NCBI GenBank assembly: GCA_963762305.1
Contig: CAVXKM010000001.1
Coordinates: forward strand, 752,316-816,315
Source: an uncultured Spirochaetota bacterium
GTDB lineage: Bacteria > Spirochaetota > UBA4802 > UBA5368
Length of the DNA stretch: 64,000 nucleotides
Direction: 5' to 3'
The translations under genes and the position numbers were made by a program. The notes under the pieces are model-generated. The model made no database searches. It saw nothing but the letters and a program-made list of their open reading frames with translations, and had not been told where the DNA came from. Below, in pieces: positions 56,456 to 64,000 of this stretch (position 1 is the first letter of the stretch; each line of letters begins with the position of its first letter).

Positions 56456-58015
56456 TCAGGATGAGCCTAATCCACTTTCAAGCAGCATGACAGCCATTTG
56501 GTTCGCAATGACTTCATCGCTCTTTGATCTTAAAGCGAAGGCCTCTTTCCAAACATTATAAAACTTTTCGTATTTAGCGGCATCCGCTCCCGGGGCATGC
56601 TCTCTTATGATATTGCCGAGATGGCTTGCTCCATCTGTTATACTAGGGAAGACTCCCGCCCCCACTCCTGCACATATAACAGCACCCAGCGCTGTAACCT
56701 CGAATGTAGAAGGCACTCTTACCCGCTTGCCGATGACATCGCTCACCATCTGTGTCCACAAGGAACTCCTCGACATGCCTCCCGCCAAAGTAACAACTGT
56801 AGCTTGCGAGCCTGTTACATTTACTATCTGCTCCAGATTGGCCCGGGCAGAATAGGCGATTCCCTCGATGAGTGCCCTGGCTATATGACAGCGGCATTTA
56901 GAGGTGTCCGGGGTGACCATGTGTGACATAGTCAGGTTTCCCAGCAGGATGTTAATCGTCCTGGCATCAAACACGTGCGCGCCAAACGTTGAATAGACGC
57001 CCGCTGCCCCAGGTTCAGATTTGCCGCTTTCCTGAAACAGTTTTTCCATGGGGCTATCACTATCAGGATATAAGATATGTGCGAACCACTCCAGAACCTT
57101 TCCCGTCAGTAAGCCGTTACTCTCCAGTACATAAAGCCCCGGCACTGCATGCCGTCCACTCCAAAGACGGCCTTCACCATCAAGAGTATATTTTTTTGTG
57201 ACAAGCTGAACCGGCATTCCAGTACCAGCAATCACCCCGATGTCATCATCTCTTACACATCCTGCTCCCAGCAATCCGCTTTGGGTATCTGCTCCCCCAG
57301 CAGCAACAGGTATGCCTGGCGTCAATCCGAGAAAGGATGCCGCTTCTTTTGTAAGCACCCCAATACGATCTCCTGTATCAACGGTGGCGGGGAAAATCGA
57401 TTTCGGTAGCCCTAACGACTGTATAAGCTCGAAATCCCAATCACCTGTACGGTGATTGAAAAGAAGAGTTTCACCGGCCTGTGACCGCTCCGCGAAAAGG
57501 TCTCCTGTCAGACGGTACGCAACCCAATCAGATAAACATGCCAAACGCCATGACCGTTTTAGAAGCTCCGGCATTTTCTCTTTCAGCCACAATAGCCTGC
57601 TGCACGTGAAAATCGGACTAGGCCAGTGGCCCCCTGCTTGGTATATCTCTGCTCCTCGCTCTACACCCAGAACCATCGCTTCCCCTAAAGCTCGGGCATC
57701 CTGGTTGGGAACAGCGATCAGGATTCCGTCATTCTGATCGAGAAGGATTGTTGTATTGCGCATGCTGGTGGCCGCTATTCCCAGCACCTCCCCGGGCTTA
57801 ACCGCTGATTTCTGTAAAACGTCACGGCTTGCTTCTCCCAGCTTGAGCCACATATCCTCCAAGTCCATATCATACCCTATACCTGCCGTGTTAGGCGCCA
57901 CCGTGTAGGTCCAATTCTTTTTCTCAACAAATGTGTCTTTTGATTTCAGGTCCAGCAGCATGCACCTGCCGGATCCATTGCCCAGATCGAAGGCCATCAG
58001 GAACCGTTTATCCAT
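56456..58015 (-). CDS. FGGY-family carbohydrate kinase (LsrK/xylulokinase-like)
   Basis: 519 aa. FDLGNGSGR (phosphate-1), ATSMRNT, NQDARA, GGADTQSG and LAGGMSRSSLW motifs of the FGGY family. Visibly lower GC than the flanking core genes. Confidence 0.85.
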   Translation of the reverse strand: MDKRFLMAFDLGNGSGRCMLLDLKSKDTFVEKKNWTYTVAPNTAGIGYDMDLEDMWLKLGEASRDVLQKSAVKPGEVLGIAATSMRNTTILLDQNDGILIAVPNQDARALGEAMVLGVERGAEIYQAGGHWPSPIFTCSRLLWLKEKMPELLKRSWRLACLSDWVAYRLTGDLFAERSQAGETLLFNHRTGDWDFELIQSLGLPKSIFPATVDTGDRIGVLTKEAASFLGLTPGIPVAAGGADTQSGLLGAGCVRDDDIGVIAGTGMPVQLVTKKYTLDGEGRLWSGRHAVPGLYVLESNGLLTGKVLEWFAHILYPDSDSPMEKLFQESGKSEPGAAGVYSTFGAHVFDARTINILLGNLTMSHMVTPDTSKCRCHIARALIEGIAYSARANLEQIVNVTGSQATVVTLAGGMSRSSLWTQMVSDVIGKRVRVPSTFEVTALGAVICAGVGAGVFPSITDGASHLGNIIREHAPGADAAKYEKFYNVWKEAFALRSKSDEVIANQMAVMLLESGLGSS

Positions 58016-59150
58016 GATTTATAACCTGTCTTCCTTTATTGATAGGGTAATTGCCATATTTTAACGCTGCTCTTGCCATCGCCAGATAGTTCTCAGGTTT
58101 GCAAGCCGGATGAATAGTGTTGGACGAGCACAGCACAAAGCCGCCCCCTGGAGCAGCTAAAGCAATTGTATCCCTTACTGCCGCCTCCACCTCGGACTCG
58201 TTCCCGTAAGGGAGCAGGTACGAGCAATCGATGTTGCCAAGCAGGCACAGCTTGTCCCCATAACGCGTCTTGACTTCTCCGATATCCATGCACTGCGGCT
58301 GTATGGAATGAAACCCGTCGAAACCCACCTCGACGAGCCTGTCCATGAGCGGCCACATATTCCCGTCTGAATGTTTGAATATAAACTTGCCCCTTGAATG
58401 AACAAAATCCACAATCTGCCTGTGGTGATGCTTGACGAATTTATCATAGTGTGCCGGGGAGATGAAGGTTGACTTGTTGTATGCAAAGTCGCCATCCAGG
58501 CATATGATGTCGGCACCATATACAATCCCCATATCAAGGGATTCGAGCACGTACTCTGTGGTCATCCTCATGATATCATGCACGAAACCGGGGTGCCTGA
58601 AGATCAGCGGGAAGAATTTCTCCATTCCGCCGACAAGGTTGCGGCTCAACTGAAATGGCCCGGGGTGCACCAGCACTTGTGACAGGGTGTCCCCGAAACG
58701 CTCCTTTGCCGCCAACAGCATCAGGAAATCAGTTTCTTTGGGTCGGTATGCGGAAAACGAGGATAGATCTTCCGGTTGACGTATGGGGCCCCCTTTGATC
58801 ACCGGTTCTCCTGCATTGCTCGATTGGAAAGTACAGCCCCAGGCATCCCTGATAAAGCCGTTGCCTGTGGATTCGGAATGGAGCAACAGCAGGGAAGGAA
58901 AGCCGTCGAGTTCCAGTTCATCTATGATAGTAAAGAGCAGAGTAAGGAGCGTGTGCTTCTCTTCCAAGGTCATTTCCCTAACCGGTTTGACCGGTGGAAC
59001 TTTGTCCGTCAAGAAAGCACCGATACCCACTATTGATGATTCATTGAAGGCCATCTCCCATATTGGGACTCTGTCCGGCTCGAGATGCTGGAACGCCTTC
59101 TGCATCCTCTCTTTTCCCGTCACTGTAATCATACCTCCCTGGGTGAACAA
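58008..59150 (-). CDS. Uroporphyrinogen decarboxylase (URO-D)/MtaA-like family protein
   Basis: 380 aa. ERMQKAFQHLEPDRVPIWE N-terminus and a (beta/alpha)8-like length typical of URO-D-family proteins. Overlaps the FGGY start by 8 nt. Start is uncertain: TTG 59150 or ATG 59132. Confidence 0.7.
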   Translation of the reverse strand: MFTQGGMITVTGKERMQKAFQHLEPDRVPIWEMAFNESSIVGIGAFLTDKVPPVKPVREMTLEEKHTLLTLLFTIIDELELDGFPSLLLLHSESTGNGFIRDAWGCTFQSSNAGEPVIKGGPIRQPEDLSSFSAYRPKETDFLMLLAAKERFGDTLSQVLVHPGPFQLSRNLVGGMEKFFPLIFRHPGFVHDIMRMTTEYVLESLDMGIVYGADIICLDGDFAYNKSTFISPAHYDKFVKHHHRQIVDFVHSRGKFIFKHSDGNMWPLMDRLVEVGFDGFHSIQPQCMDIGEVKTRYGDKLCLLGNIDCSYLLPYGNESEVEAAVRDTIALAAPGGGFVLCSSNTIHPACKPENYLAMARAALKYGNYPINKGRQVINHG

Positions 59151-59641
59151 TTTGACGAATCATTATAATCAATATGTAATGCTCCCCATATGTCAAGCCA
59201 CCTGACATGATTGTCGTTGACGGTACTCCCTCGGACTTAAATAACCCAACGCCCGGTGTGGACGTGCGGAGGCGGGTCAATTAATAAACTTTTCAACGGA
59301 AATTTTAAAAATTCAGCTATTTTTTTGCCATTTTTAAACTAATAGGCCGGGTTCCATTTTCCATATTTTTGGCGCGGAGGCCGAGGAGCGAAACGACGAA
59401 GCGCATGACGCCATGTTATATGAAAATGGTTAATTGTTTTGCAACCAATCGCTGCAATACATGGACATATTGCCGCCTTTGCCGGGGGGCTATCCTTTGA
59501 ATAAAGATAAATATTATTGCCATTCAATCTGAAGATGTCCATCAGAAAATGTCTATAAAAACCTTGACGTTTTGATAATAATCAAGATTAATAATCGCTA
59601 AGATCAATTGAATAGGCAGCGAAGATTCATTCATCCATTCA

Positions 59642-60646
59642 TTGAGAAAACACTGGTTCCTGGAGGATTTTATTAAACATAAATTTATAGCAGTAATTCT
59701 GCTCATGCTGGGGGCCTTTGCCTTCAGCAGGTGCGGCGGTGACGGGGCCGGTGACGGCGGCGGGCATGCCGTAGGCGATATAGAAACCTACACCGCCGAC
59801 GGTGTGTCCTTCAACATGGCCTATGTGCCCGGCGGCAAGACCTTCCCCACCGGTGAAAACGACGATGGAACAGCCACGGTAGCGAACGCCTACTGGATCG
59901 GCGAGACCGAGGTGACCTATGAACTGTGGGACAAGGTGTTCGACTGGGCGACCGACGCGGCGAGAGGGGCGAACCGGTATTATTTCGCCAATGCGGGAAC
60001 GCAGGGGGATAACGGCAGCCGAGGTATTCAGCATCCGGTGGCCACGGTGAACTGGCGCGACAGCATGGTGGGGTGTAACGCGCTAACCGAATGGTACAAT
60101 GCGCAGGTGGGAACGAGCTACGACTGCGTATACACCTATGACAGCGGGAGCGGACCTGAAATAATCCGTGATTCACGGGACAGCAATGACACGGCCTGTG
60201 ACGGCGCGGTTGCGAGTTCTACCGCGAAAGGTTTTCGCCTGCTCACGAGCGACGAATATGAACTTGCGGCGCGATATCGTAACGGGACGCTCTGGACCTG
60301 CGGGGACCACGCGAGCGGTGATGACGGCGGGCCCTGTTATGATGACGGCAGCATCCTTGGTGGTCTGGAGATGTCCACGATATTTGGAGATTATGCGGTA
60401 TACGGTGGAAATTCAGGTTCATCCACTGCCGTGGTAAAAAGTAAAACAGCCAATGCTCTAGGTCTGTACGACATGAGCGGCAATGTGTGGGAATGGTGCT
60501 TTGATTTGAGCGGGTCTGAGCGCATGTTTCGGGGCGGCAGCTGGGAAATGACCGCCGACGTCCTGCGAGTGGGCCACTGGTGCAGCAACGGCCCGGGCGA
60601 CGAGTTCTGGAGCATGGGCTTCCGCTTCGCGAGGTCGGCGGATTGA
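59642..60646 (+). CDS. Formylglycine-generating-enzyme (SUMF1/FGE, C-type-lectin fold) family lipoprotein
   Basis: 334 aa, TTG start. Hydrophobic leader ending FSRC-GGDG. FGE-fold motifs: VNWRDSMVGCNALTEW, GFRLLTSDEYELAA, ANALGLYDMSGNVWEWCFD, FRGGSW, MGFRFARS. Confidence 0.8.
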   Translation: MRKHWFLEDFIKHKFIAVILLMLGAFAFSRCGGDGAGDGGGHAVGDIETYTADGVSFNMAYVPGGKTFPTGENDDGTATVANAYWIGETEVTYELWDKVFDWATDAARGANRYYFANAGTQGDNGSRGIQHPVATVNWRDSMVGCNALTEWYNAQVGTSYDCVYTYDSGSGPEIIRDSRDSNDTACDGAVASSTAKGFRLLTSDEYELAARYRNGTLWTCGDHASGDDGGPCYDDGSILGGLEMSTIFGDYAVYGGNSGSSTAVVKSKTANALGLYDMSGNVWEWCFDLSGSERMFRGGSWEMTADVLRVGHWCSNGPGDEFWSMGFRFARSAD

Positions 60647-60665
60647 CATCCCTGTCACCGCCGAC
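60634..60665. repeat. Perfect 8-bp inverted repeat (GTCGGCGG / CCGCCGAC) straddling the FGE-gene stop codon
   Basis: Arms at 60634..60641 and 60658..60665 with a 16-nt loop containing the TGA stop (60644..60646). Confidence 0.5.
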
Positions 60666-61226
60666 ACTTCCAGCATCCTGTTGCGGTGCCGGCAGGCGGT
60701 CGTCCTGACCGCTCGGGGCTTGCCCCGTTGTTCGAATTTATTTTCCTCTTAGAAAAAGGCGGCCAGGACGGCCGCTTCCCCTATTACAACGCCCGGCACG
60801 GACGCCGGGCGCCCCATTAAGTTGGGCTCGCTATGGCACATAACTAGTCTTAGGCGAAATGCAAACAATCAAGTGTAAATATCGTTAGTACGCAGTCTAT
60901 CCCTGCCTCACATTTTATCGCGTCAATCAGTAATTCTTTTCATATCCCGCCGTAGTTATTAGCAGTAACTCTATGCAATATATTTATTTAACGTAACGGT
61001 GCATTGGATGAAGAATAGGATGCTTTCCTTGCTTTTGTCAATTTATTCGTATAAAGGCGAACCGAAGTATATTTCGAACATAGAAATCGTAAAATATATT
61101 GAGCGATCCCGTGCTTCCATTGCCGGCGACGATTTCCGGGTCATACGTGATTATTTCCTGAAGCAAATCGGCGTGCCGCGTCGCGCCCGATAACGACCCC
61201 CAGGCCCCCGCATATCCCTTTTCCCT

Positions 61227-61763
61227 CTACGCATTCAGGCCCAAGATGACCAACCGCGTCAGCACGCACGAGAGAAAAACCGGCAGCGCCATCTGGATGT
61301 TCGGCAGGAGGGCGCAGCGTTTCCCTATCATGGGCATCTCCCCGCTGTAGCCCCACCAGCCGCGCCGGAGCGCCAAAGCCTCTATGGCGAACTGCACGAT
61401 GAGCCCGGACAGGATAGCAAGGCCGTATCCCTCCCACCGCGAGACGGCGATGCCCGGGGCGCCCGGGAGAACGCCCCCGTCGATGATCCAGTAGCGGTCC
61501 CACAGCAGCAGTGAGACGAGCCAGTAGTGAAACAGCACCAGAAGGGCGTCGCAGGCCGAGGCGAACCAGAACACGCCGGCGAAGGTCCTGCGCATGGCGA
61601 AGGTGTTTTCGCCGAACCAGTACCGCCGCGTGACCGTCCGGTCCCTGTTGAGAAAGTCGTAGAACCCCTGGTAGTAGGGCATGTGGGAGATCTCCCACAC
61701 GAAATTGAACAGGAAGCCGAAGAGGAGAATGTATATCTCCGGCATCGCGGCAATGCGCTCCAT
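61227..61763 (-). CDS. Hypothetical polytopic membrane protein
   Basis: 178 aa, about 5 TM, aromatic-rich (FNFVWEISHMPYYQGFYDF, WWGYSGEMP). No family recognised. Confidence 0.55.
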   Translation of the reverse strand: MERIAAMPEIYILLFGFLFNFVWEISHMPYYQGFYDFLNRDRTVTRRYWFGENTFAMRRTFAGVFWFASACDALLVLFHYWLVSLLLWDRYWIIDGGVLPGAPGIAVSRWEGYGLAILSGLIVQFAIEALALRRGWWGYSGEMPMIGKRCALLPNIQMALPVFLSCVLTRLVILGLNA

Positions 61764-62120
61764 GGCCCCTCCTTGTGCGCCGGTGGTCGCCGGGCCGCCC
61801 CGGCGGGACCCGTGCGGGGAGTTTCCCGGAAACCGACATAAAGGAGAAGGGAATTAGACCGGAAGTCAACAACAAAGGATTCGCCCTCGTCACGCGGTGT
61901 GCTCGCACCGTCCCGTTTCCTTAAAAGCCCGCTAAAAGGTCTTGACTGTGGGAGCCAAAGGCGGTACTTCTCGGAAATCCGTGTACGCGTATCCCGTGCC
62001 CGGTTTTTCCTCTCCTGTTTTACCGCGGGTGATCCTCCCGAGTAAACGAGGACCCGTTCAAGGGAGGGCACGGCGCGCGGGGGCGTTGATCACACATCAT
62101 TCAAGGGGGATGAGGTCTTC

Positions 62121-62963
62121 ATGGAAGTTCCAAAATTCAGCAGCCTTCTGTACAGCCTGAACGATGCGGGCATCGTGACGGTCACGATCAACAGGCCCGA
62201 GATAAAGAACGCGCTGACCCTCCGGGTGCTCCTCGAGCTGTACCGGGCGTTCGACGCCGTCGAAAAGGACCCGGCGGCCATGGCGGTAATCATCACCGGG
62301 GCAAGGCCGAAGGACGGCGCGGACCCCTCGAAGGAGGCCTTCTCGAGCGGCGGGTATTTTAACCCCGCCGAACTGCAGTCCCTGACCGAGGAGGAGCGCG
62401 CGGAGATAGACCTCACCGACATCGCCCAGAAGAAGCTGTGCCTGAAGATCTGGGGGCTGGAGAAGCCCGTCATCGCGGCCATGAACGGCCTTGCCATCGG
62501 CGGGGGGTTCACCATACCCTTCGCCTGCGCCGACCTCATCTACGCCTCGGAGCACGCGTGGGTGCGCCTGCCCTTCGTCCGCCTGGGCATCGCGCCCGAG
62601 CTCGCCTCGACCTACCTCTTCCCGCGGCTACTGGGACTGCAGAAGACGAAGGAGATCTTCTTCTTCGGGGAAAAACTGGGCGCCCGCGAGCTGCTGGACC
62701 TGGGCATGGTGAACAAGGTGCTTCCGCACGCCGAGCTGATTCCATACGCGCGGGAGATGGCCCTCAAGCTGATAGCTCCCCAGGGGCCCACCATGTCCAT
62801 CTGCTGGACGAAGCGCATTCTTCACCAGCCGCTCGTCGACGCGGTCACGCAGGCCCTGGACCGGGAGAATGAAGTGCTCAACCGCACCTTCAAGACGGCG
62901 GACTTCGCGGAGGCCATAACGGCACGGATCGAGAAAAGAGAGCCGGTGTTCAAGGGGAAGTGA
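62121..62963 (+). CDS. Enoyl-CoA hydratase/isomerase (crotonase) family protein
   Basis: 280 aa. VTINRPEIKNALT, KPVIAAMNGLAIGGGFT, and the oxyanion-hole pattern. Confidence 0.9.
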   Translation: MEVPKFSSLLYSLNDAGIVTVTINRPEIKNALTLRVLLELYRAFDAVEKDPAAMAVIITGARPKDGADPSKEAFSSGGYFNPAELQSLTEEERAEIDLTDIAQKKLCLKIWGLEKPVIAAMNGLAIGGGFTIPFACADLIYASEHAWVRLPFVRLGIAPELASTYLFPRLLGLQKTKEIFFFGEKLGARELLDLGMVNKVLPHAELIPYAREMALKLIAPQGPTMSICWTKRILHQPLVDAVTQALDRENEVLNRTFKTADFAEAITARIEKREPVFKGK

Positions 62964-63010
62964 GCCGGGGGAACGCCGGGGAAAAGATAATAAAGCAGGG
63001 GTGAAAAGAA

Positions 63011-63904
63011 ATGAGCAGGGGAATGAAAGTCGTCATCGTACTGGCAATCGTCGTTATCGCCGCGCTCTTCGGCGCGGCGTGGTTTTTCTCGTCGGTGCTC
63101 ATGAACCCGGGGCCGTTCACGTGCACCAAGGAGCATTTCGTCTACTGCGGCGACCCGGGCGAACAGGGTATCCCGTTCGAGAAGGTGTCGTTCAAGACCG
63201 CCGACGGCCTGACCATCAAAGGATGGTACATGCCGGCGGGGGGAACGAAGGCGGTCGTCCTTGCCCACGGGCGGGGCGCCAACCGGAACGAGGGGATGCG
63301 CTTCGCTCGGACGCTGCACAACGCAGGGTTCAACCTCATCACCTTCGATTTCAGGAACTGCGGGGAAAGCGACAAGTCCTTTAACTCCATGGGCTATCAC
63401 GAGAAGAAGGACATCTACACGGCCATCGACTACCTCGTGAAGATGAAGGGCATGAAGGACATCGGCATCATGGGGTGGTCCCAGGGCTCGGCCACGAGCA
63501 TCATCGCCATGGCCGAGGACAAGCGCGTCAAGGCGGGGATCTTCGAAGGCGGGTTCGCGAACTTCGCCGACGTGATCGCCGACGCGGCCAAGCGCGACTA
63601 CGGGCTGCCGCGGTATCCCCTCATCCCCATCGTGATGTGGCTCTACGAGCTCCGGGGGGACCTGGACGTCTCGAAGATGAACGCCGAGGACGTGATCGGC
63701 TCCATCGCCCCGCGCCCGGTGTACATAATCCACGGCGACGCCGACAGGATGGCGTACTACTCGCACGCGGAGCGGCTGTACGCTGCCGCGCGTGAGCCCA
63801 AGCAGTTGTGGACGGTGAAGGGCGGCCCGCACGTGGAATGCTGGCAGATGGACAGGAAAAGGGCCGAAGGCTCGGTGACGGCATTTTTCAAGAAGTACCT
63901 GTAA
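63011..63904 (+). CDS. Alpha/beta hydrolase with N-terminal membrane anchor
   Basis: 297 aa. TM anchor VVIVLAIVVIAALFGAAWFF, nucleophile elbow GWSQGS, and late HGDAD and GGPH motifs. Confidence 0.8.
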   Translation: MSRGMKVVIVLAIVVIAALFGAAWFFSSVLMNPGPFTCTKEHFVYCGDPGEQGIPFEKVSFKTADGLTIKGWYMPAGGTKAVVLAHGRGANRNEGMRFARTLHNAGFNLITFDFRNCGESDKSFNSMGYHEKKDIYTAIDYLVKMKGMKDIGIMGWSQGSATSIIAMAEDKRVKAGIFEGGFANFADVIADAAKRDYGLPRYPLIPIVMWLYELRGDLDVSKMNAEDVIGSIAPRPVYIIHGDADRMAYYSHAERLYAAAREPKQLWTVKGGPHVECWQMDRKRAEGSVTAFFKKYL

Positions 63905-64000
63905 ACAGCGGGCGTTCGACAGCGCAGGGAAGGGGGGAGGGCCCCGGTCGGTCCTCGAAAGACCATTAAACTCTTGATTTAATCGGCCCGCTCGCGGAGT

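Noticed and set aside
60999-61193. 64-aa ORF (GTG start; MKNRMLSLLLSIYSYKGEPKY...) in the AT-rich spacer of the island
   Set aside because: There is no RBS and no recognisable motif, and the composition changes midway. It is possibly a gene fragment, but support is too weak to call.
60647-61226. Searched the region downstream of the FGE-fold gene, and the rest of the window, for a DGR template repeat, Avd or reverse transcriptase
   Set aside because: There is no second copy of the 60520..60640 sequence and no RT-like ORF (no YxDD-type motif) visible in the window. A complete DGR therefore cannot be claimed here. Only the target-like gene is reported.

Overview
This window is a high-GC bacterial chromosomal segment, densely coded on both strands, and mostly core metabolism and regulation. 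I found no rRNA, tRNA or CRISPR array by eye.

Gene content, left to right:
- mutS2 (partial, runs off the left edge), two tandem TerC paralogues, corA, and an Smr / M23-LysM peptidase / proC / yggS operon.
- An APC amino-acid permease and mtaB.
- A polyamine block: speH, a divergent second AdoMetDC-like gene, and speE. It is followed by an O-methyltransferase, then a LUD-domain plus CN-hydrolase pair.
- An alpha-glucan phosphorylase.
- A putative lipid-modification group: an NTF2-like lipoprotein, DUF1295, a Tat-signal FAD oxidoreductase and an acyl-CoA ligase.
- A small Cys-ladder secreted peptide, a penicillin-acylase-family protein and an M16 peptidase pair.
- A PilZ operon, pyrG, and rpoN-hpf-hprK-ptsH.
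- An envelope-sensing module: two PGLGQ-motif membrane paralogues, DUF4390, an NtrY-like kinase and a sigma-54 activator.
- A UDG-like protein, priA, a VKOR-thioredoxin fusion, two PP2C sensor phosphatases, DUF1285 and a dGTPase.
- A DUF2339/DUF3999 pair, then a crotonase and an alpha/beta hydrolase at the right end.

Two stretches are visibly AT-richer than their surroundings and look accessory:
- A one-gene DUF3592 islet at about 52.15-52.95 kb.
- An island of about 5 kb at about 55.98-61.23 kb. It carries an IS110-type transposase remnant, a URO-D-like plus FGGY-kinase operon, and an FGE/C-type-lectin-fold lipoprotein.

Most noteworthy observations:
1. The tandem AdoMetDC paralogues ahead of speE.
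2. The FGE-fold lipoprotein, whose C-terminus resembles a diversity-generating-retroelement (DGR) variable region. No template repeat or reverse transcriptase is present in this window.
3. An HPF that appears to carry a duplicated C-terminal dimerisation domain.
4. Two genes with clear single-base frame disruptions: the sigma-54 activator, and the 7TMR-DISM PP2C phosphatase at a C6 tract. These may be real or may be assembly indels.
5. A 650-bp non-coding region upstream of speH.

I did not find an unambiguous complete novel multi-gene system such as a defence island. All functional calls come from reading the translated ORFs for family motifs. No database search was run.
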